NCBI GenBank assembly: GCA_043732705.1
Contig: JAYTHE010000006.1
Span: 12,284-76,283 of the forward strand
Source of the DNA: Candidatus Omnitrophota bacterium
Lineage (GTDB): Bacteria; Omnitrophota; Omnitrophia; Omnitrophales; Aquincolibacteriaceae
Length of the DNA: 64,000 bases
Direction: 5' to 3'
In this document: piece after piece, positions 27,810 through 38,289 of the stretch
How positions within the stretch are numbered: position 1 is the first letter of the stretch
Layout of the letters: each line of letters starts with the position of its first letter
Position numbers and translations under genes: made by a program
Notes under the pieces: generated by a model
The model's input: only the letters and a program-made list of their open reading frames with translations
Database searches by the model: none
What the model was told of the DNA's origin: nothing

Positions 27810-27849
27810 ATTTTAGTTATTTTAAGTATTGAGGATATAGATAAAGTTT

Positions 27850-28704
27850 ATGGAAGAATTGATTGCAAAAGCCAGCACGCTGATTGAAGCGCTGCCGTAT
27901 ATCAAAAGTTTCCGGGGCAAGGAAATTCTTGTTAAGTACGGCGGGGCTGCGCTTCGTCACGGTGAAGTGCGGAAACATATTCTGCAGGATCTTGTGTTTA
28001 TGCAGTTCGTCGGAATTAAACCGATTCTTGTGCATGGCGGCGGAAAACATATTACCGAAAATATGGAAAAGAAAGGTTTGGTTTCCAAATTTTTAAATGG
28101 CTTGCGCGTAACGGATGAACCGGCGGTGCAGGTGGTTGTTGAAACACTTGCCGCGATTAACCGCGAGCTGGTGAATGATTTGAATCACTTAGGCGGCAGC
28201 GCCGTAGGGCTTTCGGGACATGACAACGATATTTTGCATGTCGAGCGGCACACGAAGAACGGTGACTTGGGTTTTGTCGGCGATGTAACCAAAGTAAATA
28301 TTTTTCATATCCGCCAGATGACGGATGCAGGAATTATTCCCGTAATTTATCCGGTCGGAATCGATAAAGACGGTCAAACTTATAACGTGAACGCAGACGA
28401 AGCCGCCTGCAATATTGCGATGGCGCTTAAAGTTCCTAAGTTGATGATGCTGACTGACGTGAGAGGCGTCATGCTTAATCACAAGGATGAGAGTACATTA
28501 GTGCCGACTTTGACTTTGGAAGAAACTGAAAGCTTGATCAAAAATGGCACGATTAGCGGTGGGATGATTCCCAAAGTGGAATGCTGCCTGGAAGTCATCC
28601 GCAAAGGCGTTAAAAAAGCCCACATCGTGGACGGCCGCATGAAACATCCACTGCTTTTGGAAGTCTTCACTGATAAGGGTGTCGGAACCGAATTCGTCCG
28701 TTAA
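27850..28704 (+). CDS. argB: Acetylglutamate kinase
   Basis: VKYGG, VHGGG, GLRVTD, NVNAD and GGMIPK. Confidence 0.97.
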   Translation: MEELIAKASTLIEALPYIKSFRGKEILVKYGGAALRHGEVRKHILQDLVFMQFVGIKPILVHGGGKHITENMEKKGLVSKFLNGLRVTDEPAVQVVVETLAAINRELVNDLNHLGGSAVGLSGHDNDILHVERHTKNGDLGFVGDVTKVNIFHIRQMTDAGIIPVIYPVGIDKDGQTYNVNADEAACNIAMALKVPKLMMLTDVRGVMLNHKDESTLVPTLTLEETESLIKNGTISGGMIPKVECCLEVIRKGVKKAHIVDGRMKHPLLLEVFTDKGVGTEFVR

Positions 28705-28780
28705 AAGCTTCGGTTGTGGGGCTTTGATTTTTAATAAAAATAACTCTGTCGCAGAGAAGCTTTTAACTTAAATAAAACAA

Positions 28781-29992
28781 ATGAAGATAACAGAAATCGA
28801 AAAATTATACGGGGAATACGTTTTGCCGACTTACCGGCGTGTGCCGGTTTGCATGGTCAAAGGCAAGGGTTCCCGGGTTTGGGATTCCGAGAACAAAGAA
28901 TATCTCGACTTTTTTCCCGGCTGGGGCGTTTCCGGAATCGGTCATTCGCATCCGGACGTTGTGCATGCGATCAAAAACCAGGCTCAGAAAATAATTCATG
29001 TTCCGAATAATTTTTATATTCTGCAGCAGGCGAAGCTGGCGCAAGCGATTGTTAAAAATGGTTTTTCCGGGCGTGTGTTTTTTGGCAATAGCGGCGCGGA
29101 AGCAAATGAAGCGGCGATTAAATTTTGCCGGATTTATGGTTCAACCGGTAATGTTTCTGAGGGGACACGCAATGAAATGATTACTTTTACGAAATCATTT
29201 CACGGCCGGACGATGGGTGCAATGTCCGCGACGGGACAGGACAAAATTCACCAGGGGTTTTACCCACTTGTGGAAAAATTCACTTACGCGGAATTCAATG
29301 ATTTGGAATCCGTAAAGAAATTGATTACGCCGAAAACGGTCGGGATTATGCTTGAGCCAGTTCAGGGTGAGGGCGGAATCCGGGTTGCGACGCAGGATTT
29401 CATGAAAGGCCTGCGCAAGCTTTGTGATGAGAAAGATTTGCTTTTAGTTTTGGACGAAGTTCAGACTTGTATGGGGCGTACGGGAAAAATGTACGCCTAT
29501 CAGCATTATGGTATTGAGCCCGACATTATGACGCTTGCGAAGTCGCTTGGTTCAGGTGTGCCGATCGGCGCGATGGTTTTAAACAATCGCGTAAAGAAAG
29601 AATTATTTGTTCCGGGTACGCATGGCTCGACTTATGGTGGTAATCCGCTTGTTTCGGCGGCGGCGCTGGCGGTATTCGGAGCGATTAAAAAAGAAAAGCT
29701 TTTGGCGCGTGCGGTAAAAATGGGCGAAGTTCTTGGTGTGAAATTGGAAGAACTGAAAAAGAAATATTCTGTGATTGAAGAAGTGCGCGGGATAGCACTG
29801 ATGCGCGCGCTGAAGCTTTCAGTGCCGTCCGACGCTTATGCCGCGGAAGCGCTTAAAAAAGGTTTGATTATTAACTCAACACAAGGTGATGTGCTGCGTA
29901 TTATGCCGGCACTCACGGTAAAGACAAAAGAAATTGAAAAGGCAATCAGCGTTTTGGATGAGGTTTTCCAGACGCTTGCTCAAAAAGGATAG
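28781..29992 (+). CDS. argD: Acetylornithine aminotransferase
   Basis: NSGAEANE, SFHGRT, EPVQGEGG, DEVQT and HGSTYGGNP. Confidence 0.95.
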   Translation: MKITEIEKLYGEYVLPTYRRVPVCMVKGKGSRVWDSENKEYLDFFPGWGVSGIGHSHPDVVHAIKNQAQKIIHVPNNFYILQQAKLAQAIVKNGFSGRVFFGNSGAEANEAAIKFCRIYGSTGNVSEGTRNEMITFTKSFHGRTMGAMSATGQDKIHQGFYPLVEKFTYAEFNDLESVKKLITPKTVGIMLEPVQGEGGIRVATQDFMKGLRKLCDEKDLLLVLDEVQTCMGRTGKMYAYQHYGIEPDIMTLAKSLGSGVPIGAMVLNNRVKKELFVPGTHGSTYGGNPLVSAAALAVFGAIKKEKLLARAVKMGEVLGVKLEELKKKYSVIEEVRGIALMRALKLSVPSDAYAAEALKKGLIINSTQGDVLRIMPALTVKTKEIEKAISVLDEVFQTLAQKG

Positions 29993-29995
29993 GTT

Positions 29996-30925
29996 ATGGT
30001 TCGTTCGCTAGTCTCAATCAATGAACTGAAACCGGAAACAATTCGCCGCTTGATTCATCAGGCGCGTGTGATTAAAGAACATCCGCGGGATTACCGTAAG
30101 GCGATGGAAGGGCATGTTCTCGGCTGTATTTTTGAAAAGCCTTCAACCCGCACACGTGTTTCTTTTGAAACCGCAATGGTGACCATGGGCGGCAGCGCGG
30201 CTTATATTAATCAGCAGGACGAAAAGCTGGGACAGCGCGAAGAAGTACGCGATGTGGCTCGGACTTTGTCGCGCTATTTCTCAGCGGCGGTGCTCAGAAC
30301 TTTTTCACATTGGACCATCACGGAATTTAAACGGCATTTTAAGAAGCCGGTGATTAATGGTTTGTCCGATTTAGAGCATCCTTGCCAGGCACTTGCAGAT
30401 TTTATGACGATTGAGGAAAAATTTGGTGATGTTAAAAACGCAACTGTCGCTTTTGTCGGCGACGGCAACAATGTTTTAAATTCACTGATGTTGACCGCGG
30501 CAAAACTCGGGACACATTTAAAATTTGCAACACCGCGCAATAACCGGCCGTATAAAAAAATGCTGGATCTCGCGAAAAAAATCGCTAAAAAATCAGGCGG
30601 AAAAATTGAGGAAAGCCGCGATCCCAAAGCCGCTGTACGGGGCGCGCAGGTCATTTATACCGATGTATGGGTCAGTATGGGCGAAGAAGAAATCCGCGAA
30701 ATGAAAATGCGTGAGTTCGATGGTTTCGAGGTTAACCGGAAATTATTGAAGTATGCTGCGAAAGACGCGGTTGTCATGCATTGTCTGCCCGCGCACCGCG
30801 GCGAAGAAATCACGGATGACGTGATGGAAAGTAAGCGCTCGATCGTATTCGATCAGGCTGAAAACCGCTTGCATATTCAAAAAGCCATTATTCTTTATTT
30901 GTTAGGACAAGGGGAAATGTCATGA
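29996..30925 (+). CDS. argF: Ornithine carbamoyltransferase
   Basis: STRTR, HPCQ, DVWVSMG, HCLP and QAENR. Confidence 0.96.
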   Translation: MVRSLVSINELKPETIRRLIHQARVIKEHPRDYRKAMEGHVLGCIFEKPSTRTRVSFETAMVTMGGSAAYINQQDEKLGQREEVRDVARTLSRYFSAAVLRTFSHWTITEFKRHFKKPVINGLSDLEHPCQALADFMTIEEKFGDVKNATVAFVGDGNNVLNSLMLTAAKLGTHLKFATPRNNRPYKKMLDLAKKIAKKSGGKIEESRDPKAAVRGAQVIYTDVWVSMGEEEIREMKMREFDGFEVNRKLLKYAAKDAVVMHCLPAHRGEEITDDVMESKRSIVFDQAENRLHIQKAIILYLLGQGEMS

Positions 30926-32142
30926 AGAAAATTACCAAGAAAAAAATTGTGCTGGCCTATTCCGGCGGACTGGATACGTCGTGCATCGCAAAATGGTTGA
31001 AAGACAAATATGATGCCGAAGTCATCTGCTTCTCTGCATTTTTGGGCGAAGTCAGCGACCCGAAGATTTTGAAAAAGCGCGCGAATGCGGCCGGTTCGAA
31101 GAAAGTTTATATTGAAGATTTGAAACAGGAATTTGCGGATGACTTTATTTTGCCGGCGCTGTGGGCGCATGCGCGCTATGAAGGCAAATATCCGCTTGCG
31201 ACGGCTCTCGGACGCCCTTTGATTGCAAAACGGCTCGCGGAAGTCGCTGAAAAAGAAGGTGCCACCGCGGTCGCGCATGGCTGTACGGGCAAAGGCAATG
31301 ATCAGGTTCGTATTGAAGTCGGTGTACGCACGCTCAGCCCGCATCTTGAAATTTTAGCCCCTTTGCGTGAATGGGAATTTAAAACTCGTGAAGAAGAAAT
31401 TGATTATGCAATCAAACATAAAATTCCGATTGGCGCGACGAAAAAAAGCCCGTATTCAATCGATAAGAATATTTGGGGTATCGCAATTGAAGCCGGCATT
31501 CTCGAAGATCTTTGGCAGGAACCGCCTGAAGACGCTTATGTGATGACGCGCCATGTTTCCAAAACTCCGAAACATGAATATGTCACGATTGATTTTGATA
31601 AGGGCGTGCCCGTTAAATTGAACGGCAAAAAAATGAATTTCGCGGCGCTAATCGAAAAATTAAACGTGATCGCGGGCCGTAACGGTGTTGGACGTTTTGA
31701 TATGGTTGAAAACCGGCTGGTAGGAATCAAGAGCCGTGAAATTTACGAAGCCCCTGCTGCGGAAGTTTTATTAAAAGCGCATGAAGAGCTGGAAGGCCTT
31801 GTGATGGACCGCGAATTTTTGCATTACAAGCGCGTCATGTCAGAGAAATATTCCGAGCTGGTTTATTTTGGGCTTTGGTTTTCGCCGCTGAAACAAGCAA
31901 TGGATGCTTTCTTCGCATCGAATCAAAAACGCGTGACTGGTAAAATCCGTTTCAAGCTTGAAAAGGGGCATGTATTGCCCGCGGGCCGCGAGTCCAAGTA
32001 TTCGCTTTATTCGCATAAGCTCGCGACTTATTCCAAGGGTGATGTGTTTGACCGTACGGCGGCGGCAGGATTCATGAAATTGTGGGGGCTCCCATACGAG
32101 GGTATGGGAGCAAAAACTAATAGCTCAAAGCGTAAAGGTTAA
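30922..32142 (+). CDS. argG: Argininosuccinate synthase
   Basis: AYSGGLDTS, HGCTGKGNDQVR and ENRLVGIKSRE. Confidence 0.97.
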   Translation: MKKITKKKIVLAYSGGLDTSCIAKWLKDKYDAEVICFSAFLGEVSDPKILKKRANAAGSKKVYIEDLKQEFADDFILPALWAHARYEGKYPLATALGRPLIAKRLAEVAEKEGATAVAHGCTGKGNDQVRIEVGVRTLSPHLEILAPLREWEFKTREEEIDYAIKHKIPIGATKKSPYSIDKNIWGIAIEAGILEDLWQEPPEDAYVMTRHVSKTPKHEYVTIDFDKGVPVKLNGKKMNFAALIEKLNVIAGRNGVGRFDMVENRLVGIKSREIYEAPAAEVLLKAHEELEGLVMDREFLHYKRVMSEKYSELVYFGLWFSPLKQAMDAFFASNQKRVTGKIRFKLEKGHVLPAGRESKYSLYSHKLATYSKGDVFDRTAAAGFMKLWGLPYEGMGAKTNSSKRKG

Positions 32143-32229
32143 AGCCATAACCAAAAGCTTTTTAACCGATCGAAAGCCTTTGGGCTTTAAGCTATAGTCT
32201 TGAGTTTTAACCTTTAACCTTTGGGCTAA
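32121..32229. repeat. Heptamer-periodic inverted repeat (family C); contains the argG stop codon
   Basis: AAAGCGT AAAGGTT AAAGCCA mirrored by TTTAACC TTTAACC TTTGGGC. Confidence 0.75.
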
Positions 32230-32236
32230 AATTTTT

Positions 32237-33643
32237 ATGAAAAAAAGTATGAGTGAAAAAAAGCAGTTATGGGGCGGAAGATTTGAGCAGGGCATGCATC
32301 CTGCGCTGCAGGAATTTAGTTATTCCTTGGCGACGGACAGCGCGCTTTTTCATTCGGAAATTCGTGTCAACCGCGCTTGGGTCAAAATGCTTGCCAAAGC
32401 GAAAGTGGTTTCTGCTTCCGAGCTGAAAAAACTTTTAAAGGGTCTCGATAAAGTCGCCAAAGAATGGAATGAATGTCAGGCTTGCTGTGAATACTCTGAT
32501 GTCGAAGATGTTCATTCATTGATTCAAATTCTTCTCGAAAAAGTCTGTGGATCAGTTGCGAAGAAATTACATACTGGCCGGAGCCGCAACGATTTGGTTG
32601 TGACCTCAACCAGAATTTATCTCAAAGATCAGGTTGCTGATCTGAAAGCTTTTATCACAAAGCTTCAGAAATCTTTAGTGGGGCAGGCGGATCAAAATTC
32701 GAATCTTATTATTCCAGGCCTGACACATTTGAGAAAAGCACAGCCTATTTTATTGGCGCATCATCTACTTGCTTATGTTGAAATGCTCGAAGAAGATACG
32801 GAACGATTGAATGACGTTTTAAAACGGTTGGATGTACTGCCGCTGGGTTCGGCCGCGCTTGGCGGTTCGGCATTGCCATTTGACCGCAAGTTTCTCGCAA
32901 AAGAATTAGGTTTTTCAAAAATTGCCGCGAATAGTATGGCCGCCACAAGCGACCGTGCTTTTTTAGTAGAGCTTATGTCTGGAATTTCCACAGTTTGGAT
33001 GCATCTTTCACGTCTCGCGGAAGACTTTGTACTATGGAATTCAGAATTCTTTGGCTACGTTGAATTGGATGACCGGTTCTCGACAGGCTCAAGCCTCATG
33101 CCGCAAAAGAAAAATCCGGATGTGTTTGAACTCGTGCGTGGGAAAACAGGTTCCATTTTTGGGATTTTGCAGGCTTTGCTCGTGGTGCAAAAAGGTTTGC
33201 CGCTCGCGTATAACCGCGATTTGCAGGAAGACAAACCCGGAGTTTTCTTCGCGTTGAATGAAACCATGCTTGCGCTCGAAGTTTTAAGTTTAACGATTCA
33301 AACTGTACGTTTTCAAAAGCAAGCCGCGGAAAAGCAATTGGCGGATGACGGGCTGTATGCCACCGACCTGTTGGAGTATTTGGTGCGTAAAGGTGTGCTT
33401 TTTACCGATGCTCATCATGCTGTCGGAAAGATCGTAGCGTATTCGGTTAAGGCCGGAAAAAAAATCCGTGACTTTTCTTTATCGGAATTACAGGTTTTTG
33501 CACCGAAGGCGGATGAAGATGCCTTTTCCTTGTTCCATGCCGAAAAATCAGTTTCGGGAAAGAAAACTTTGGGCAGCACTAACCCGAAATTAGTTGGTCA
33601 ACAGATTCTATATTGGAAGAAAAAGTTAAATTCTAATTTCTGA
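32237..33643 (+). CDS. argH: Argininosuccinate lyase
   Basis: LWGGRF, HTGRSRND, STGSSLMPQKKNPD and YNRDLQEDK. Confidence 0.97.
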   Translation: MKKSMSEKKQLWGGRFEQGMHPALQEFSYSLATDSALFHSEIRVNRAWVKMLAKAKVVSASELKKLLKGLDKVAKEWNECQACCEYSDVEDVHSLIQILLEKVCGSVAKKLHTGRSRNDLVVTSTRIYLKDQVADLKAFITKLQKSLVGQADQNSNLIIPGLTHLRKAQPILLAHHLLAYVEMLEEDTERLNDVLKRLDVLPLGSAALGGSALPFDRKFLAKELGFSKIAANSMAATSDRAFLVELMSGISTVWMHLSRLAEDFVLWNSEFFGYVELDDRFSTGSSLMPQKKNPDVFELVRGKTGSIFGILQALLVVQKGLPLAYNRDLQEDKPGVFFALNETMLALEVLSLTIQTVRFQKQAAEKQLADDGLYATDLLEYLVRKGVLFTDAHHAVGKIVAYSVKAGKKIRDFSLSELQVFAPKADEDAFSLFHAEKSVSGKKTLGSTNPKLVGQQILYWKKKLNSNF

Positions 33644-33750
33644 ATTCCAAATAAATACAAAATTTCAATTTTCAAACCATCGCCTTTGCATTTTTGAATT
33701 TGACTACTTGGATTTATTTAGGATTTAGAGCTTAGTGCTTAGAGTTTTTT
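33628..33750. repeat. Heptamer-periodic inverted repeat (family C); contains the argH stop codon
   Basis: The right arm reverse-complements to the left arm of 16091-16221. Confidence 0.75.
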
Positions 33751-33768
33751 AGAACGAAGAGGATTATT

Positions 33769-35028
33769 GTGGATCAAAATTTTTATTACAAAAATAGTGA
33801 GCTTTACTGTGAAGGTGTCCGCGTTTCGGAAATCGTCAAGCAAACCGGAACACCGGCGTATATTTACAGCCACGCTGCTTTTACGGGCCGCCTGAAAGAA
33901 CTGCAGCAGGCTTTTAAAGCCGTGAAACCGCTGATTTGCTATTCGATGAAAGCGAATTCGAATATTGCCGTATTGCGTGCGCTTGTGAAGCAGGGCAGCG
34001 GTCTTGATATTGTTTCCGGTGGTGAGTTGGAACGCGCGAAGCGTGCGGGTTGTCCGGGAGAAAAAATTGTTTTCGCAGGGGTCGGTAAAACAGACGAAGA
34101 AATCGCCGCGGCCATTCGCTACGGAATTTTATTTTTTAACGTTGAGTCACTGCCTGAAATTGACGCGATCAATGCCGTTGCGGCAAAACTGAAAAAGAAA
34201 GCGACGATTTCGCTGCGCATTAATCCGGATGTGGATCCGCGCACGCACCGCCATATTTCCACGGGTAAAAAAGAAAGCAAATTTGGAATTGATTTATTGC
34301 GCGCGGAAAAAGCCTTTCTTCGCAGAAGCCATTATCCATGGGTGCGCCTCGCTGGGCTGCATGTCCATATCGGATCGCAAATTGAAAGCGGCACGCCCTT
34401 CGTGCACGCTTTTAAAAAAGTAACCAAGTTTATTGCTGGTTTGAAAAAAGACGGCGTTGACTTGGAATTTTTGAATATCGGCGGCGGGCTGGGTGTGACC
34501 TATAATCATGAGAAGCCGCAAAAAGCCGCTGACTATGCAAAAAAAGTCGCGTCGATTCTCAAGAAAACCGGCCTCAAAATTATTATGGAGCCGGGACGTT
34601 TCATTTCCGCTAACAGCGGAATTTTAGCGGCACAAGTAATTTATGTAAAAGAAACGGACGTAAAAAATTTCGCAATCATTGATGCTGCGATGAACGATTT
34701 AATCCGACCCTCTTTTTATGACGCCTATCACCGGATTGAACCGCTTACCAGGAAAAAATCAAAATCAGTTGTTTATGATGTTGTCGGCCCGGTTTGTGAA
34801 AGCGGTGATTTTCTTGCGAAAGCACGCAAGCTTTCGCAGGTGAAGCGCGGTGATTTGCTTGCGATCTTTTCCGCGGGCGCCTATGGATATGTGATGTCTT
34901 CAAACTACAATACTCGCGGCCGCGCGGTTGAAGTCCTGGTTAAAGGCTCATCATTCAGTGTCGTAAAAAAACGCGAATCGGTTTCCGAGCTTCTTGCCGG
35001 CGAAACGATTCCGGCTTACTTACGCTAA
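33769..35028 (+). CDS. lysA: Diaminopimelate decarboxylase
   Basis: YSMKAN, SGGEL, HVHIGSQ, EPGR, GPVCESGD and SNYN. Confidence 0.96.
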   Translation: MDQNFYYKNSELYCEGVRVSEIVKQTGTPAYIYSHAAFTGRLKELQQAFKAVKPLICYSMKANSNIAVLRALVKQGSGLDIVSGGELERAKRAGCPGEKIVFAGVGKTDEEIAAAIRYGILFFNVESLPEIDAINAVAAKLKKKATISLRINPDVDPRTHRHISTGKKESKFGIDLLRAEKAFLRRSHYPWVRLAGLHVHIGSQIESGTPFVHAFKKVTKFIAGLKKDGVDLEFLNIGGGLGVTYNHEKPQKAADYAKKVASILKKTGLKIIMEPGRFISANSGILAAQVIYVKETDVKNFAIIDAAMNDLIRPSFYDAYHRIEPLTRKKSKSVVYDVVGPVCESGDFLAKARKLSQVKRGDLLAIFSAGAYGYVMSSNYNTRGRAVEVLVKGSSFSVVKKRESVSELLAGETIPAYLR

Positions 35029-35036
35029 GAATAAGA

Positions 35037-35390
35037 TTGATGCGCCAAATTTTTCTTATTACCGGCGGCGACCAGCCGGAAAATTTTGAAAACGAGGACG
35101 CACTTCCCATGAGCGCCAAGCTTTTGGCTGAATTGGAAGCTCACTTGAAACCCGCTCAAAATCAAAACAAATTTCATATTCCCGCAGGCGAAGCCCTAGT
35201 CTTTTTACGGGATTTTTACGCGCAGTATGAGCTTTCTCAGCCGCAACGGCGCGTGAGGCTTCGTTTTGAGAAAGTTTTGGAAGGAATTCCTTCCGGCCAA
35301 ACCGTTCAATTTGCCGTCGCGGAAGTCTCCGAACACCGCAGCCGCAGAAATTTAAACAAAAACTTAAAAAAAACCGAACAGCTGTATTGA
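35037..35390 (+). CDS. Hypothetical protein
   Basis: Fills the gap directly after lysA; no motif recognised. Confidence 0.55.
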   Translation: MMRQIFLITGGDQPENFENEDALPMSAKLLAELEAHLKPAQNQNKFHIPAGEALVFLRDFYAQYELSQPQRRVRLRFEKVLEGIPSGQTVQFAVAEVSEHRSRRNLNKNLKKTEQLY

Positions 35391-35414
35391 CACTACCCAC
35401 AGTTGCTGTAATAT
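35387..35414 (+). promoter_or_regulatory. Internal sigma70 promoter for hss-ODC
   Basis: TTGACA-16-TAATAT. Confidence 0.6.
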
Positions 35415-35459
35415 TCCAATTCTGTTCTGTAAGCTGTTGAAAAATATCGAAAGATGTAA

Positions 35460-36935
35460 ATGAAAAAAAAGTTTAGTGGCAAAGTCTTGGTGATCGGCTG
35501 TGGCTCTGTCTCGCAGTGTACGGTTCCACTTTTATTGAAGATGATCGACATGCCCGCAGAAAAAATCACGATCATGGATTTTGTCGATAACCGTACGCGC
35601 GTTAAATCCGCTTTGAAGCAAGGCGTTAATTATGTGATTGACCGCATTGCTCCTGAAAATTATGCCAAGCTGCTTTCCAAATATGTCGGTAAAGGTGATT
35701 TGATTGTCGACCTTGCGTGGAATATTGACTGCGGCGCAATTTTGACCTGGTGTCGACAAAATGACGTACTCTATGTGAATACCTCAGTCGAGGAGTGGGA
35801 TCCGTACGGGGACGAAATTCGCGATGATCCGCGTGACTATACGTTATATAGCCGGCATATGCGCTTGCGCAAAATCACCGACCCTTGGGCGACTGATCCC
35901 GGAGCAACCGCGATCGTGGACCATGGCGCCAACCCCGGGCTTGTTTCGCATTTCACAAAACACGCGTTGATTCAAATTGCCGAAAAAATTCTAAAGACGA
36001 AACCGAAGGACCGCCGCAAAAAGCAGCTTGAGAAATTTTTGGAAGATAAAAATTTTTCAAAGCTCGCGCAGCTTACTGGCGTTAAAATAATCCATGTCAG
36101 CGAGCGTGATTCTCAAATTACGAATAAGCCGAAACAGGTCAATGAATTCGTAAATACCTGGAGCATCGAAGGTTTTTATGAAGAAGGCGTGGCTCCGGCT
36201 GAAATGGGCTGGGGAACACATGAACGCTTAGTTCCGAAGGGCGCCTTTTTTTATGATGAAGGCCCGAAGAATCAAATTTGTTTGAATACGCTCGGAATGA
36301 AAACCTGGGTGCGTTCATGGGTGCCGAGCGGCGAAATTACCGGGATGGTGATCCGCCACGGCGAAGCGTTCAGTATTTCCGACCGTCTCACGGTTTGGGA
36401 ACGCGGTGTTCCGGTTTACCGCCCCACCGTGCATTACGCTTATTGCCCGTCTGATTCCGCGATCAATTCCATGCATGAACTTGAAATGCGCCAGTTTAAA
36501 CTTCAAGAGAAACAACGCATTATGAACGACGAAATCATTGCCGGCCGCGACGAACTTGGCGTGCTTTTAATGGGGCATGATTTTAATTCCTGGTGGTGCG
36601 GCAGCTGTTTGACCATTGATGATGCGCGCAAAATTGTCGCAGGCCAGCAAGCAACTACATTACAGGTCGCGATTTCGATTACGGCGGCTGTGATTTGGAT
36701 GATTGATAATCCGCGCAAAGGGTTTCTGATGCCGGATGATGTGGATCACGAGCCGATCCTTAAGATCGTTAAGCCTTTTATCAAGCCGCTGATTTCAGAA
36801 GCAGTGGATTGGACGCCGCTTAAAAATGCCAATATCAAATATACGAAATTTAATATTCCGCAGGCACGGCAGGAAGATGTTTGGCAGTTTACGAGTTTTC
36901 TCATTCATCATCAGGAAAGACTAGCAGTTCAATGA
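35460..36935 (+). CDS. hss: Homospermidine synthase
   Basis: GCGSV, HGANPGLVSHF, FVNTWSIEGF, ELGWG-like AEMGWGTHE, YRPTVHYAY and ATTLQVA. Confidence 0.92.
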   Translation: MKKKFSGKVLVIGCGSVSQCTVPLLLKMIDMPAEKITIMDFVDNRTRVKSALKQGVNYVIDRIAPENYAKLLSKYVGKGDLIVDLAWNIDCGAILTWCRQNDVLYVNTSVEEWDPYGDEIRDDPRDYTLYSRHMRLRKITDPWATDPGATAIVDHGANPGLVSHFTKHALIQIAEKILKTKPKDRRKKQLEKFLEDKNFSKLAQLTGVKIIHVSERDSQITNKPKQVNEFVNTWSIEGFYEEGVAPAEMGWGTHERLVPKGAFFYDEGPKNQICLNTLGMKTWVRSWVPSGEITGMVIRHGEAFSISDRLTVWERGVPVYRPTVHYAYCPSDSAINSMHELEMRQFKLQEKQRIMNDEIIAGRDELGVLLMGHDFNSWWCGSCLTIDDARKIVAGQQATTLQVAISITAAVIWMIDNPRKGFLMPDDVDHEPILKIVKPFIKPLISEAVDWTPLKNANIKYTKFNIPQARQEDVWQFTSFLIHHQERLAVQ

Positions 36936-37066
36936 AATTTAAAATGATAATTTTAAAATCAATGCTCACTGCTGTGCTGAGTCTACTTAGAAAACAAGTT
37001 GTGACTCGGCTTAGCGACCCGCTAATCGGATGTTCATTTCACAATTGAAATAAACCATAGGCGAAT

Positions 37067-38248
37067 ATGAAAGAAGAATTAGCTCCGCAACAAGAACAGC
37101 CTCTGTCGCCCAATAAATCAAAAACATCGGCTTCCTTCGGTATTGATGATCTTGTCAGGGACATGCTGAAAAAGCATAAGACGCCTTTTATGCTGATTCG
37201 CCGCTCTGTGCTTCGCAAGCAGTATGAGCGTTTCCGCAAATGTCTTCCGGAAGTCACACCTTATTACGCCATTAAAGCCAATCCTTATCCCAAAATCATT
37301 AAAGAGTTTGTTGATTTGGGCGCAGGGTTTGACGTGGCGAGCGCGGAAGAAATGAAATTGGTATTGAAACTCGGCGCATCGACCAGCAAGGTCATTTTCG
37401 CGAACACGATTAAGTCCGAGGAAGATATTCAGGCCGCGAAACGCCGCCGCGTCAACCTCATGACGTTTGACAGCGAAACCGAACTTTATAAAATTGCTGA
37501 AAATTTTCCCGGGGCGCATGTTGTTGCGCGTATCAAAGTCGCGAATTTAGGCAGTGTTGTTCAGCTCTCGCTCAAATTCGGCTGCGATCCCGAACAGGCA
37601 TTCTTTCTTTTGAAAAAAGCGAAGGCGCTTGGCCTTGTTCCGAAAGGCATTAGCTTTCATGTCGGCTCGCAATCGCGCAACGTTGAAAATTACCTCCAGG
37701 CGCTTGAGATTACCGCCGCGATTTTCGAAGAAGCGGAATCAAACGGCATGCCGCTCAAGATCGTGGATATTGGCGGGGGATTTCCGATTCAGCATTTTGA
37801 CAATGAAATTGGTATTAATTTTGAACGCATGGCCGCGCAAATCCGTAAGCAGCTCAAAAAACTTTTCAGCAGCAATGTAAAATTTATTGCTGAGCCGGGT
37901 CGTTTTTTTGTCGGGCCTTCCGGAATTTTGGTGACCAAAGTTGTAGGCCGCAGTTTCAGAAATAACAAAAGTTATTACTATTTGAATGACGGTATTTACC
38001 AAGATTTTTCAGGAATGGTGTTCGATCATTGCAAATATGAATTCAAAACTTTGCGCCGCGGGCCCAAGTTCATGTGTACCCTCGCGGGGCCGACCTGCGA
38101 CTCATTTGACACCCTGGCGGAGAACGCCGAAATGCCCGAGCTCAATTTAGACGATATCGTCTATGTAAAGAATATCGGCGCTTATTCCTCAGCGAGTGCT
38201 GTACCTAACTTTAACGGGTTTCCGCCTGCCAAAATTGTCCTCATTTGA
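37067..38248 (+). CDS. Fold-III PLP ornithine (or lysine) decarboxylase
   Basis: YAIKANP, FDVAS, SFHVGSQ, DIGGGF, EPGR, GPTCDSFD and FNGF. Confidence 0.9.
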   Translation: MKEELAPQQEQPLSPNKSKTSASFGIDDLVRDMLKKHKTPFMLIRRSVLRKQYERFRKCLPEVTPYYAIKANPYPKIIKEFVDLGAGFDVASAEEMKLVLKLGASTSKVIFANTIKSEEDIQAAKRRRVNLMTFDSETELYKIAENFPGAHVVARIKVANLGSVVQLSLKFGCDPEQAFFLLKKAKALGLVPKGISFHVGSQSRNVENYLQALEITAAIFEEAESNGMPLKIVDIGGGFPIQHFDNEIGINFERMAAQIRKQLKKLFSSNVKFIAEPGRFFVGPSGILVTKVVGRSFRNNKSYYYLNDGIYQDFSGMVFDHCKYEFKTLRRGPKFMCTLAGPTCDSFDTLAENAEMPELNLDDIVYVKNIGAYSSASAVPNFNGFPPAKIVLI

Positions 38249-38289
38249 TCTTGTTTGCGTCGCTCGATAAAGCTCGCGGTGCGGAGGCA

